From a virus: DNA of 64,000 nucleotides. How positions within the stretch are numbered: the stretch's first letter is position 1; every line of letters starts with the position of its first letter. The stretch covers positions 32,001 through 96,000 of the IMG/VR virus record IMGVR_UViG_3300032046_000006. The stretch is one strand, 5' to 3'. Positions 20,069-29,815 of this stretch are shown piece after piece. The notes beneath the pieces were generated by a model that was not told the origin of the DNA, did not search any database, and saw only the letters and a program-made list of their open reading frames with translations. The translations under genes were made by a program, and so were the position numbers.

Positions 20069-20785
20069 TTAATTAGTTAGTTTATCTTTTATTTGCTGTC
20101 TTAATTCCATTTGATTATACCTAACATCTGACATTAAATTAAACATTGTTGGGTAATCGACTTTCTCGAAATTTTGAATCGCCGATTGTGGCGATACATT
20201 AAAAATTTTTGATTTAGAATTATTAAAATGTTTAAAAAATCTATCTGGGTCGTTGTGATTATAATATGAAACAAGTCCACTCCCACGATGTAAAATTTTT
20301 TTTCCGTAATAATGAATGTCTTCTTTAGTTTGGGTTATCTTTTTATCTTTTGGATTTAGTTGCCCATAATCGAATCCGCATAAAAATAGATTTTCAGGTT
20401 CAAACAATAAAGCCAGTTGCAAAGAAAAAATCCCAGTTAAAAAAGTTAAAAAACCATCTCGTAATGGATTATCTGAATAATTAGCATTTCTTTTTAATAA
20501 GATAGTATTGGGATGTATTATTAGATTGGCTTTTGGTTTCATTGTACTGATAATTAGAGGTTCCTCTTTTAATCGTTCATAAATATCGGGATGTCTAGCA
20601 AGATTGGTAGAACGATAAAATTCCCTATCACAACAAGTTAAAAGAGTATGGTCAAAATGAAAAAAGGAAAAATTGCATACTATCACAAACTTATCTTTTA
20701 TTTTATCTTTTAGACCTAAAGAGATTCCGTCAGATACAGATTTTCCTCCACCAATAATTATGATTTCTTTTATTTCTGGCACCAT
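20069..20785 (-). CDS. Sialyltransferase-like (GT42/Maf/MptE-like Rossmann) protein
   Basis: IIIGGGKS, VIVCN, TGIFSLQLA, FLCGFDY, HYY, IFNVS. Confidence 0.65.
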   Translation of the reverse strand: MVPEIKEIIIIGGGKSVSDGISLGLKDKIKDKFVIVCNFSFFHFDHTLLTCCDREFYRSTNLARHPDIYERLKEEPLIISTMKPKANLIIHPNTILLKRNANYSDNPLRDGFLTFLTGIFSLQLALLFEPENLFLCGFDYGQLNPKDKKITQTKEDIHYYGKKILHRGSGLVSYYNHNDPDRFFKHFNNSKSKIFNVSPQSAIQNFEKVDYPTMFNLMSDVRYNQMELRQQIKDKLTN

Positions 20786-20961
20786 TTACATCCTTTTCCT
20801 CTTCTAAATTTGAAATTAGGTAGATTGCGTAAACAGTTAGGGCATTGCTCTATTTTAGAGCATTTTGGCTCATAAAATGCCACTTTTCTGCTTGTTTTAT
20901 GCTTAAACCCACATAATATATGTATTTCTTCTAATAATCCTCTAATCAGGTCATTCTTCAT
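20770..20961 (-). CDS. Hypothetical Cys-rich protein
   Basis: ORF coupled with neighbours. Confidence 0.4.
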   Translation of the reverse strand: MKNDLIRGLLEEIHILCGFKHKTSRKVAFYEPKCSKIEQCPNCLRNLPNFKFRRGKGCKWCQK

Positions 20962-21109
20962 TTTTTACCTTTCTTATTTCCCAGAATTTTTTACGAACAA
21001 TAGTTCCATCTAATAAACGAATATCTAAATCTTCGGAATAAATTTCGATAACATTTCCCTCACATACTTGATTATTGTTTTTCACTAATACTGGGCACCC
21101 GAGGTACAT
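20951..21109 (-). CDS. Small hypothetical protein (52 aa, SH3-like beta barrel?)
   Basis: MYLGCPVLVK... read manually; AAGGA SD. Confidence 0.45.
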   Translation of the reverse strand: MYLGCPVLVKNNNQVCEGNVIEIYSEDLDIRLLDGTIVRKKFWEIRKVKNEE

Positions 21110-21110
21110 T

Positions 21111-21668
21111 TTATCCTTTTATTAGTTTAATATTTTTCTTTTCTTTTATCCAATTTAAAATTAAATCTTTTTCAAAATCACCAAGGTGCCAAGGTTGTGT
21201 TTTTAAATTATGGTAAAAAGTCCCCGATTCAAAAAAATCAAATCCATAAATAGTTAATGATTTAAATTCTATATATTTTATTAAAAAATGTATTGCTAAA
21301 AGTCCGGTCGAAGGAAGTTTATCTTCGGGAAAGAAAAATTTAAGTTCTCTCCAATCTTCGGCTGGGTTTTGGAAAGCATTTTCTTTTATCCAATCTGTTG
21401 CTAATCTATTATCTGCGGTCATCCATACGACATACTTTGCATTAAAATTGCGTTTTAATTCTTCTTTGAAGCGGGTAGATATAAATAATACATCAGTTCT
21501 TTTTCCTATAAATTCTTCTTTTCCTTGAGAAATCCCCCGGTTCATTCTACAAATTATATCAAATTTTTCTATGTCTTTTTTGGTATTTAATATACTACGG
21601 GCATTTCCTAATAAACAAATATCTTTATCCTTTAAATATAATTGTAACTTAGTTAGGTTAGTTTTCAT
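21111..21668 (-). CDS. Glycosyltransferase family 29 (sialyltransferase-like)
   Basis: Sialylmotif L (CLLGNA..L...IEKFD.ICRMN...GKRTD), S (PSTG...IYGFDF), VS (H...E). Confidence 0.8.
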   Translation of the reverse strand: MKTNLTKLQLYLKDKDICLLGNARSILNTKKDIEKFDIICRMNRGISQGKEEFIGKRTDVLFISTRFKEELKRNFNAKYVVWMTADNRLATDWIKENAFQNPAEDWRELKFFFPEDKLPSTGLLAIHFLIKYIEFKSLTIYGFDFFESGTFYHNLKTQPWHLGDFEKDLILNWIKEKKNIKLIKG

Positions 21669-22261
21669 TTTAAATGCCTTGTTTTCCTCGATAACTGATA
21701 CTGTTCGATTATCGCATTATCTATCGGATTATGAGTTAACCCCTTTGGTGTTGTAGGAATATAACAATATTCCCAAGGCAAATTAAAACAGGTTATTTCT
21801 GGATGGCATTTTAATAACTCAGTCAATTCGTGTCTGTGAGAATGAGTTATATTGGCAATGATTTTTGCAAGTTCTTCTAATAACAATTTGGTTTTATTAT
21901 TATTTTTTATAAATAAAGTTCCATCCAATAATTCTAATCTTTCTTGAGTTTTTCCGAAATGTTTTTTCCAAGATAAAATATGAAATCCTAAATCTTCAGT
22001 AATTTCAAATAAAAGAGAGGGGTATCGCAAAATATTGGCATCGGCGTCGACCCAAACAAGGTCTTCAGTAGAACTATTCAATTTTTCTAAAATAATATCT
22101 ACTTTATGAGAACTATTTTTTTGCCATTTACCGAGAGATTCAAAAGGTTTAACCCAATAATTGAGATTAAATTTTTTAAATGAAGGAACGAGTACATTAT
22201 TGATTTGTTCTTCATAAGGAGTGTTGACAGTGTATCCTGATATGAAAATTAAATTATTCAT
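21665..22261 (-). CDS. GT-A nucleotide-diphospho-sugar transferase (GT77/GT34-like)
   Basis: VWVDADA DxD motif; GTLFIKN; LPWEY. Confidence 0.75.
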   Translation of the reverse strand: MNNLIFISGYTVNTPYEEQINNVLVPSFKKFNLNYWVKPFESLGKWQKNSSHKVDIILEKLNSSTEDLVWVDADANILRYPSLLFEITEDLGFHILSWKKHFGKTQERLELLDGTLFIKNNNKTKLLLEELAKIIANITHSHRHELTELLKCHPEITCFNLPWEYCYIPTTPKGLTHNPIDNAIIEQYQLSRKTRHLK

Positions 22262-25200
22262 TTAATAATGACTAATAATTGGGACTATTGTGGGAGATTT
22301 TTTATTGGTAGAAACAACATAGCAATATTCAGAAGGTAATTCAAATAATTTTATGTCTGGATTTTGTTTTAAGGCTATCTCAAAAGCGATTCGCTGTCTT
22401 TGTTCGCAATTAGGTAACTCTTTTTCCCATGAATCGAGAAATTTTAATACTTTTTCGTTATTTCTTAAAAATATAGTTCCGCATAAAGGATGTTTTGGAA
22501 TAATCTTGTTATGTATTTTTGTTTCTTCTGTATAATGAATGGCAATGTCATAATATTCTGGAATTTCATCAAATAAAGAAGGATAAGAATTAATAGTTGC
22601 GTCAATATTTATGAATATGACATCTTCTTCATGAGTTAATAAAAACTGCTTGATAAAATCAATACGATAATTGCTATTTAGTCGCCAATTTCCTAAAGAA
22701 GGAACTTCATTAATATAATAATTTAATTTGAGATTTTTTACAGAAGAAAGTAGATATTTTTCGGCGATAGATTTTTGCTCATTAATATAATAACTGATTA
22801 TTGTGTTATCTAATTTAGTAGAAACTATAATATTGGGGGCTGTTTTGATTTCAGTTAAATAATTATTTGTAAGATTTTTTATAGTTTCATAATCCTTTTC
22901 ATAAATTGATTTGTAAATTTTATCCCATTTGGGTTGCAATAAAGACCAACTAAAATATTTTTCAACCCATAAACGATTTCTTTCTCCTATTTGTTTTCTT
23001 AATTTAGGATTTTGTTTTAAAATATCCAAACATTTATTCATACTATCAACAGTTTTATCTTCTTCAACAGGGACTATCCATTGAGGTTCAAGAAGTAATC
23101 TAATAGACCCAACATCGGTAGAAATCACAGGTATTCCGCATGCCATTGCCTCCAGAACTACTCTTGGCATAGCTTCACTTGAACTCGTCAATACAAGAAC
23201 ATCGATAGTTTTATAGAACTCTTTCATTGGGTCTAAGTTTGTTTCTTTAAGAAAGAGTTTTTCATTATGTCCAGAACATTGTTTGATTACTGGGTATTTT
23301 AATTTATCAAGCAAATGTGTTCTTTTTACTGGGGCTTCTCTTCCCACCCAGCCAACATTAAATCTATTTCTATTAAATTTATTGGGAAGAAAATAATTGG
23401 TATCTATTCCTTTAGGTAACCATACGGTTTGTTTAGGTAAATATCTTTTTTTAATGGTAGGTAAAAAATTAAGAGATAGAGTAGCAAATAAATCAATATA
23501 TTCTGCGGGATATTCACGATTTGCTTCTCCTCCATCAGACCCGATTATTATTAATCCACTTTCTTTCGCTTTTTTTAAAATGGGAATATTATAAGAATGA
23601 AACATAACTGGAGAATGGAAATACATTATATCATATTTCGTGAAGTCAAAATCATTAAGTTTTTCATATAATTCTTCTATTTTAATACAATCTAAATTAT
23701 ATTTGGAATATTTTTTCCGTTCTAAATAATTAAAATAAAACGCCCATCCATACTGGTCTACTATTTCAAGAATTCTTAAAGAGGGATTAATTATTGTTTT
23801 TGCTTTTTTAAGAAAGTCGTCAGTTATCAATTCTATAGTATCAAAATCGTCATAATATAAAGATTTAAATACTTTATCCCAAAGTGGTTGATTAACTTTC
23901 CAACTAAATTGTTCTTCCATTCGTTCTCTGTTTTTTTTACCTATTTCTTTTCTCAGATTTGGATTTTTTTCTAATAATTTCAATTTTTGATTCATTTCTT
24001 TAATACATTGAGTTTGTTCAATGGGAACCATCCATTCTTCATTTAAAAGAATAGGAACACTACCAACAGGGGTAGAAATTACAGGGATTCCGCATGCCAT
24101 TGCTTCTAAAACACTTCTTGGCATACATTCTTGCTCGCTCATAAGAACTAAACAATCCAAAGATTGATAAAACTTTTTCATTGGTTCTAATGTTCGTGTT
24201 TCTATAAAGAATTCTTTTCCATGTTGCGTTTGAGTTTCAATTGGGTAATTTAATTGTTGTAAAAGATTATTTCGCTTTTCTCCACAATTTATTCTTCCTA
24301 CCCAACCCACTTTAAATTTTGTGTTATCAAATTCTTTTTTAGGTAAAAAGAAGTTAGTATCAATAGATTCTGGCAAAAAGACCACATGGATTCCTGGATA
24401 AGTTTTTTTTAATTTTTCTATATCATTATAATCAATCGCCACAATTAAGTCAGCATAAGGATATTTGCCTAATATCATACCTGAATGTGCTCCAATAATT
24501 TTGGTATTTTTAAATTTTGGAGATTTTTTGATTTCTGGAATAATATTAAAAACGCTATTACTGATATTAGTTTGAGGAAAATAAATAATATCAGGAGTTT
24601 TAGTTTCTAAATATTTATTTAAATCTTGCAATCGGCAATATTCTATATTATGCTCGCTATATTTTTGTTGTTCTTTTGCTATAAAGAAATAAGCCCATCC
24701 GAATTGGTCAATTACTTTGAGTATATTTAATTTTTTGGGGTTGAGTTGAGTATTTTTTATATTAAAATCAAGATTTAATTTGGCAGAATATACTCCTAAT
24801 AACGCCCAAAAATCGATTTCGTTAAATCCGCACAATAATCTTTCTAAAAATATTTTTTCAAAATCCCCCCATCCCGTCCATTTATATTTTTTAATTTTTT
24901 GAGTTAAAGTATAATATCTTTGATAAATCAATTTATTAGTCCACAAAGGCGAATGAATTCCCATTACCATTTTATTCTTTAGGGTTTTATATCCATTTTT
25001 TTCTATTTGTTCATGAAAATCGGATGTTCCGTCTGTATTGGTGGAATCATTCAATATATTAAATTTATAATTTTTTACTATTTCGTATTTATAGCATTTA
25101 AGAGCATCAATTTTCTTGTTTAAATGTTCATCCAAAAGTTTAAAAATATAACTAAATGTTTTGCTGTCGCTCTGTTTTAGAGTATTATAAACAATCTCAA

Positions 25201-25426
25201 TAGCATTAGGATAAAGAATAAAATCTCCATCACATTGTATAAAATAAGGAGTTTTGCATCGATTAATCATTTCTTGCATTGCTTTATTTTGAGGACATAT
25301 ATCTTTTATTATATCTAATTTAAATTGAACTGTTTGTTTTTTTAATGCTTCTATACAACCAAGATAATTAGGATTGCCCTCAATTGATAGAACAAATACA
25401 GTTAAACTTGCTGATAAATCTACCAT
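22262..25426 (-). CDS. Four-domain glycosyltransferase (GT2-like + 2x GT4 + GT-A)
   Basis: FIQCDGD; two E.MPR..LEAMACGIPVIST motifs; C-terminal FINIDA...LPSEY paralogous to the next gene. Confidence 0.85.
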   Translation of the reverse strand: MVDLSASLTVFVLSIEGNPNYLGCIEALKKQTVQFKLDIIKDICPQNKAMQEMINRCKTPYFIQCDGDFILYPNAIEIVYNTLKQSDSKTFSYIFKLLDEHLNKKIDALKCYKYEIVKNYKFNILNDSTNTDGTSDFHEQIEKNGYKTLKNKMVMGIHSPLWTNKLIYQRYYTLTQKIKKYKWTGWGDFEKIFLERLLCGFNEIDFWALLGVYSAKLNLDFNIKNTQLNPKKLNILKVIDQFGWAYFFIAKEQQKYSEHNIEYCRLQDLNKYLETKTPDIIYFPQTNISNSVFNIIPEIKKSPKFKNTKIIGAHSGMILGKYPYADLIVAIDYNDIEKLKKTYPGIHVVFLPESIDTNFFLPKKEFDNTKFKVGWVGRINCGEKRNNLLQQLNYPIETQTQHGKEFFIETRTLEPMKKFYQSLDCLVLMSEQECMPRSVLEAMACGIPVISTPVGSVPILLNEEWMVPIEQTQCIKEMNQKLKLLEKNPNLRKEIGKKNRERMEEQFSWKVNQPLWDKVFKSLYYDDFDTIELITDDFLKKAKTIINPSLRILEIVDQYGWAFYFNYLERKKYSKYNLDCIKIEELYEKLNDFDFTKYDIMYFHSPVMFHSYNIPILKKAKESGLIIIGSDGGEANREYPAEYIDLFATLSLNFLPTIKKRYLPKQTVWLPKGIDTNYFLPNKFNRNRFNVGWVGREAPVKRTHLLDKLKYPVIKQCSGHNEKLFLKETNLDPMKEFYKTIDVLVLTSSSEAMPRVVLEAMACGIPVISTDVGSIRLLLEPQWIVPVEEDKTVDSMNKCLDILKQNPKLRKQIGERNRLWVEKYFSWSLLQPKWDKIYKSIYEKDYETIKNLTNNYLTEIKTAPNIIVSTKLDNTIISYYINEQKSIAEKYLLSSVKNLKLNYYINEVPSLGNWRLNSNYRIDFIKQFLLTHEEDVIFINIDATINSYPSLFDEIPEYYDIAIHYTEETKIHNKIIPKHPLCGTIFLRNNEKVLKFLDSWEKELPNCEQRQRIAFEIALKQNPDIKLFELPSEYCYVVSTNKKSPTIVPIISHY

Positions 25427-26079
25427 TTTTTTTCTCCGCAGTTAAAAAGATAATCAATTGCTGAAAGTCCAGGTAAGAATGGTTCATACATCTGATTATA
25501 GATAGGATGTTCAAATTCGTGAAAGACCACATTTATTCTTGCACACTTAAATAGAGGTAAATCTAAGTAATCCATTCCACTCTGTCCAGATAAATAAGTA
25601 TCTGCTCTCAACATTTGGCAAATTTCCAAACATTTTCCAGAACCATGTTTAGAGTATAAATTGAGATTAGAAGTAAATTCAATACGAGGTTTAATATTAA
25701 ACCAGTTTAACATTTGACATAATAATTCATAATTATAATCAAATAAGAAATCATATTTTTTATTAATAATCTCTTGAATTTTCGGAAAATATTTATCGAA
25801 ATAAGAAGATTTAGAGTAATTTTGTTGAATCGAATTTAACATTTTTCTTTGCCAATCGGATTCATGTACTACTTTTACTTCTTTAAAATTTAAACCAAGG
25901 TGAAAGTTAGTAGGAATAGTAACCCATTGGCAACCTTGCGGGGTTCTGATTTTGTTGCGATTGTCATAATAATTCTTTTTCACTTGAAAAGTATCTGCAA
26001 TTACAAAAGTATCTGCTTTTGAGACTTTATCGAAAAATCCTAAATATGACAAAAACTCTGGTTGGTGAATCACTAACAT
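25420..26079 (-). CDS. WbqC family protein
   Basis: IHQPEFLSYLGFFDK, NRNKI, YLSG, Y.Q...F..GLSAIDYLFN. Confidence 0.9.
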   Translation of the reverse strand: MLVIHQPEFLSYLGFFDKVSKADTFVIADTFQVKKNYYDNRNKIRTPQGCQWVTIPTNFHLGLNFKEVKVVHESDWQRKMLNSIQQNYSKSSYFDKYFPKIQEIINKKYDFLFDYNYELLCQMLNWFNIKPRIEFTSNLNLYSKHGSGKCLEICQMLRADTYLSGQSGMDYLDLPLFKCARINVVFHEFEHPIYNQMYEPFLPGLSAIDYLFNCGEKKW

Positions 26080-26714
26080 TTATACTCCATTTTTATAATA
26101 TCAAATACTTCACTATATTTACATCCCAATTCTATGCCTCTTAATGTCGCTAAAGAAGTAACCAAATCTTTCCAATAAAGATATTTAGAATATTGACTTT
26201 TATGTTCTTGTAGAGATTTTAATTTAATGTTAAGAAAGTTGTCAATATTCACATAAAGTAATGGTCTGAATAATTGAGTAGATGTTTTAGAAGGAAATAA
26301 AGTTTCGAACATCCAAATAGTTGGGCAATATCTTGCTGCCGACATTACTGCTCTTGCAGTATTAAAATGGTCAGAATGACTCTCATTGAGGGCGTGAGTT
26401 ATGATAATGTTTGGTTTAAAAATATCCATCCATCTATTTAACGATTCTATTAGATTAGAATTGAAAGGAACATCTTTCGTGGGATAATTTAAACAAATCA
26501 TTTTTTGTACTCCCAAAACTTCAAAACTCTTGACTCCTTCTTCTTTTGCTTGTTGTTCTGTTCGCAAGATAGCCCCATTATAGGAGGTATAATCTGATTT
26601 AGTAACTGTAATAGTCCATACAATATCTCCTTGAGAAGTAAATTTTGCAATAGTTCCTCCACAGGAGAGAACTGCATCATCAAAATGTGATTCTACAATT
26701 AGTATATTTTTCAT
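26073..26714 (-). CDS. PIG-L/LmbE family de-N-acetylase
   Basis: SHFDD...CGGTI; H.DH; K...L..HKSQ. Confidence 0.9.
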   Translation of the reverse strand: MKNILIVESHFDDAVLSCGGTIAKFTSQGDIVWTITVTKSDYTSYNGAILRTEQQAKEEGVKSFEVLGVQKMICLNYPTKDVPFNSNLIESLNRWMDIFKPNIIITHALNESHSDHFNTARAVMSAARYCPTIWMFETLFPSKTSTQLFRPLLYVNIDNFLNIKLKSLQEHKSQYSKYLYWKDLVTSLATLRGIELGCKYSEVFDIIKMEYKC

Positions 26715-27617
26715 CTACTTCTCCATAAAATTTCTAAAACAATATTTGCAAGCCAACGGTAATTCTCCATAGAAACCTTTTCTAAATTGGGTACAGTATT
26801 CGTTTTCCCATACATTTTTATCGTAAATAGTTCCATTTTCTTTCTTGGGGGAAAAAATTGAGTTACAAATCGATATACTTCCATTTCCATTTATTGATAT
26901 TCTACTCCACGCCAATCTACACCATTTTTTAAGATTGTTTGGGTCAATTAAAGTCGGATAGCAGGTAATTAAATTTGATTCAGGTAAAGTTTTTATTTTA
27001 TCTATTGATTCGTTTTCCCAATAAGTTAAAACTCTATTTAAAAATTCATTCTTGGTTTGTTCATCTTTTATATGATGAGGCAAAATATTTATTAGATGGA
27101 CTTCTCTTACTTTGAGTGTTTTTGCTAATCTTAAAAATTCAGGAATATGAATAAGATTAAATTTATCGCAAACATAAGATAAATAAATATTAAATCCTTC
27201 TTTTATATATAATTTTATTCCTTCTAAAATATGAATAAATTGATTTTTATTATGACAGATTTTTTCATGTAATTCTTGTGTCGGGGCATTAAGACTAACC
27301 GAAATATAATTGGGGGAATATTTTTTAAGAATATTAAATCTGTCTATTAATAAACTTCCATTAGTAATAAGTCCGCAATATACATTTTTTTCTTTGATAA
27401 ATTTTAAAATTTCTTCTAAATTCTCGCACATAAGAGGTTCGCCAAAACCTGCTAAACATAGTCCTTTAATTGTAGGGAAAGATTCTAATAGTTTCTCTAT
27501 TGCCTCTATAGACATATCTGGAGATGTTTCTATTTTTTTGCTTTGTCTAAGGCAAAAGGAGCATTTAAAATTGCATTTGTTGGTCATAAATAAAGTGGCA
27601 ATAGTAGGAAGATTCAT
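26715..27617 (-). CDS. Radical SAM/SPASM(Twitch) protein
   Basis: CNFKCSFC, GFGEPL, TNG, C-terminal C...C...CKYC. Confidence 0.9.
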   Translation of the reverse strand: MNLPTIATLFMTNKCNFKCSFCLRQSKKIETSPDMSIEAIEKLLESFPTIKGLCLAGFGEPLMCENLEEILKFIKEKNVYCGLITNGSLLIDRFNILKKYSPNYISVSLNAPTQELHEKICHNKNQFIHILEGIKLYIKEGFNIYLSYVCDKFNLIHIPEFLRLAKTLKVREVHLINILPHHIKDEQTKNEFLNRVLTYWENESIDKIKTLPESNLITCYPTLIDPNNLKKWCRLAWSRISINGNGSISICNSIFSPKKENGTIYDKNVWENEYCTQFRKGFYGELPLACKYCFRNFMEK

Positions 27618-27618
27618 T

Positions 27619-28233
27619 TTATTCCTTTTTTAATATCATTAAAAATTCTTCTTCGGTATATGTGGTAATTCCATCTGCATACTCTCTCAATCCAATCCAA
27701 GGTATTTTCCGTATAGATAATCGAGTATATCGTTCAGTAAGTTTCATTATATCTTCTTCTAACAGACAATATGGATGGGCAGAATCTCTAACTTTCTTTT
27801 CTTTAAAAAACTCTACAGCTAAAATAAAATGTCCTTGTGGTTTTAATACTCTATAAATTTCATTATTTGTTTTTTCAATATCATCAACATGGTCAAGAGC
27901 ATTAGAGCAAAAAACTACATCAAAAAAATTATCCTTAAATGGGATGTTTTCTCCTTTTGCTTTTAAAATGTTTAATTCAGGAGGATAATCGTATAATGTT
28001 TTATAAGTTTCTGCTAATGGGTCTATCCCAAATCTTTCTCCTGGAAGAAAGTGCAAAATAGTAGAAATTCCACATCCCATATCCAAAATAATGGATCGAT
28101 TATTAAATTTACAATGGTCAAGAATAGTATCAAAATATCTATATTTTTGCCAATATTCTAATACTTTTTCTTTATTATTTTTAAATATTTTTGCCCAGCG
28201 TTTTTGAAATAATAATTCGTCTTCGGCTTTCAT
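27619..28233 (-). CDS. Class I SAM-dependent methyltransferase
   Basis: ILDMGCG, IPFKDNFFDVV, RVLKPQG; ATG 28233 overlaps upstream stop. Confidence 0.9.
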   Translation of the reverse strand: MKAEDELLFQKRWAKIFKNNKEKVLEYWQKYRYFDTILDHCKFNNRSIILDMGCGISTILHFLPGERFGIDPLAETYKTLYDYPPELNILKAKGENIPFKDNFFDVVFCSNALDHVDDIEKTNNEIYRVLKPQGHFILAVEFFKEKKVRDSAHPYCLLEEDIMKLTERYTRLSIRKIPWIGLREYADGITTYTEEEFLMILKKE

Positions 28234-29135
28234 CGAATCATCTCCTGAAAGTGGGAATCTATTATTCGAACTGCAATCTTCATTTCTGTCATCAAATTGA
28301 TTTTGGAATTCCATAGTTCTACATCTACAGGTTCTTTAATTAACCTTATAAGTTCTTCGCCATTTGAAAAGGTAGAAAGTTCTAAATCCTCCACCATTTC
28401 TGGTTGAATGTAAGTTTCTCGGCTTAATTTTTTACTTCTAGGAATTAATGTTCTTATTCCTCTCCCAACCATATCAAGAACAGAAAATTCATAACTTCCC
28501 GCATGAGTTTGAATGAATGTTTCTATTTGAGAAGTATTATTCATATACTCTTCATAAGTTGGAGTATTTAACATTGGCTTTATATAAGAAGCAACAGTTT
28601 CTTTTTTAGTAAACTGATAAATTTGATATTCTTCTTTAAGAGGTTTTAGCCACTCTGCAATTTCTTTAGATATATCACGACAATCGGGGCATACTCCTAC
28701 ATCATCTAATAAAATAGTTTTCGGAATTTTGGGTTTATTAATCATAAAATCTTTACTATATGGAAAAGGAATATAACAATCCATCGGTTTTTGTTTTCTA
28801 TGTAATCCAAAGAAATAATCAACGGGTTGATTAGATGATTCTATGAAAGAGCAAATTTGATATTTAATTCTTGGTTTAACTTTTTGTATTTGGTCAATAG
28901 GAGGGTAATGATTCCAAGTATGAATTAATAAAAAATCCAGATTAGGTATTTTATCAAGAAAAAGATTGGGATTGTTCCATTCTCCTCCTCCAGATAAGGG
29001 CAATAAATGCAATGTTACATAAGGCAAAAGTTTAAATTCTTTTTCTAATCCAGCATAATTCATTTCGACTGCTTGAGTGCACTCTTTCAAAGAATTTGCT
29101 CTCCAACCTATTAATCCTAACGAATAATTATTCAT
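28230..29135 (-). CDS. Hypothetical protein, possibly divergent GT-B glycosyltransferase
   Basis: GSYEFSVLDMVGRG resembles the GT-B E.FG...LEAM..G motif; cluster context. Confidence 0.45.
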   Translation of the reverse strand: MNNYSLGLIGWRANSLKECTQAVEMNYAGLEKEFKLLPYVTLHLLPLSGGGEWNNPNLFLDKIPNLDFLLIHTWNHYPPIDQIQKVKPRIKYQICSFIESSNQPVDYFFGLHRKQKPMDCYIPFPYSKDFMINKPKIPKTILLDDVGVCPDCRDISKEIAEWLKPLKEEYQIYQFTKKETVASYIKPMLNTPTYEEYMNNTSQIETFIQTHAGSYEFSVLDMVGRGIRTLIPRSKKLSRETYIQPEMVEDLELSTFSNGEELIRLIKEPVDVELWNSKINLMTEMKIAVRIIDSHFQEMIR

Positions 29136-29137
29136 TC

Positions 29138-29269
29138 TTAATCCTTTAAAATATAATAAAGTTTCTTTATATTTTCCCAAGTTAATTTAAATAGTTCACT
29201 AGTGAATATAAATAAAAATATAATTATGCCACAAATAAACCCGATAAAAAAATAGAACAATTTACTCAT
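29138..29269 (-). CDS. Small membrane protein (43 aa)
   Basis: MSKLFYFFIGFICGIIIFLFIF... read manually. Confidence 0.5.
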   Translation of the reverse strand: MSKLFYFFIGFICGIIIFLFIFTSELFKLTWENIKKLYYILKD

Positions 29270-29801
29270 TATATTTTCCTTCTTTTAACCATTGAGAATA
29301 TGCCTGTAAAATTTCTGATATTGTAACAGGGCAATAATTCCATTGTTCCACCGAAACATTACAGCAATCTGTAAATGTCATACCCTTACGAAATCTCTTA
29401 AATTTCCACTTTTCATGTACGTGTCCGCAAATATTGAAATTATAGTTTACATTGCAATATTCTGGGTCATGAACTAAAAATATTCGTTTCCCTCCAAGTT
29501 TGATAACCAGATTTTGGATGGGAGTTTTACATCCATTATTTTTATCATGGCTCCCATCAAGGAATATGATATTCCCCTTTAATAATGGTCTAATAGTATC
29601 GAATTTTTGCCCATCGGGAGCTTCAGTTGATTTAGTAAACCCCCAATCACCCAAGAAGAATATAGTATCGTTAGATTTAACTCTTGAATTCCAATTATCT
29701 ATGATTTTTTTATTCATTTCCTCTACATTAGAGAAAGGTCTATTGCAATAAGATATAATTTTTGTATGTGAAAAATGGGTATCACTAATAAAGAAAAACA
29801 T
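29262..29801 (-). CDS. Calcineurin-like metallophosphoesterase
   Basis: SDTH, LGD, GSHD, H.P, GHVH. Confidence 0.9.
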   Translation of the reverse strand: MFFFISDTHFSHTKIISYCNRPFSNVEEMNKKIIDNWNSRVKSNDTIFFLGDWGFTKSTEAPDGQKFDTIRPLLKGNIIFLDGSHDKNNGCKTPIQNLVIKLGGKRIFLVHDPEYCNVNYNFNICGHVHEKWKFKRFRKGMTFTDCCNVSVEQWNYCPVTISEILQAYSQWLKEGKYNE

Positions 29802-29815
29802 TTATTTTATCCTTT

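Noticed and set aside
20069-29135. Host O-antigen/capsule locus (prophage boundary)
   Set aside because: No wzx/wzy/ABC export or sugar synthesis genes; continuous with phage genes in spacing, SD style and composition
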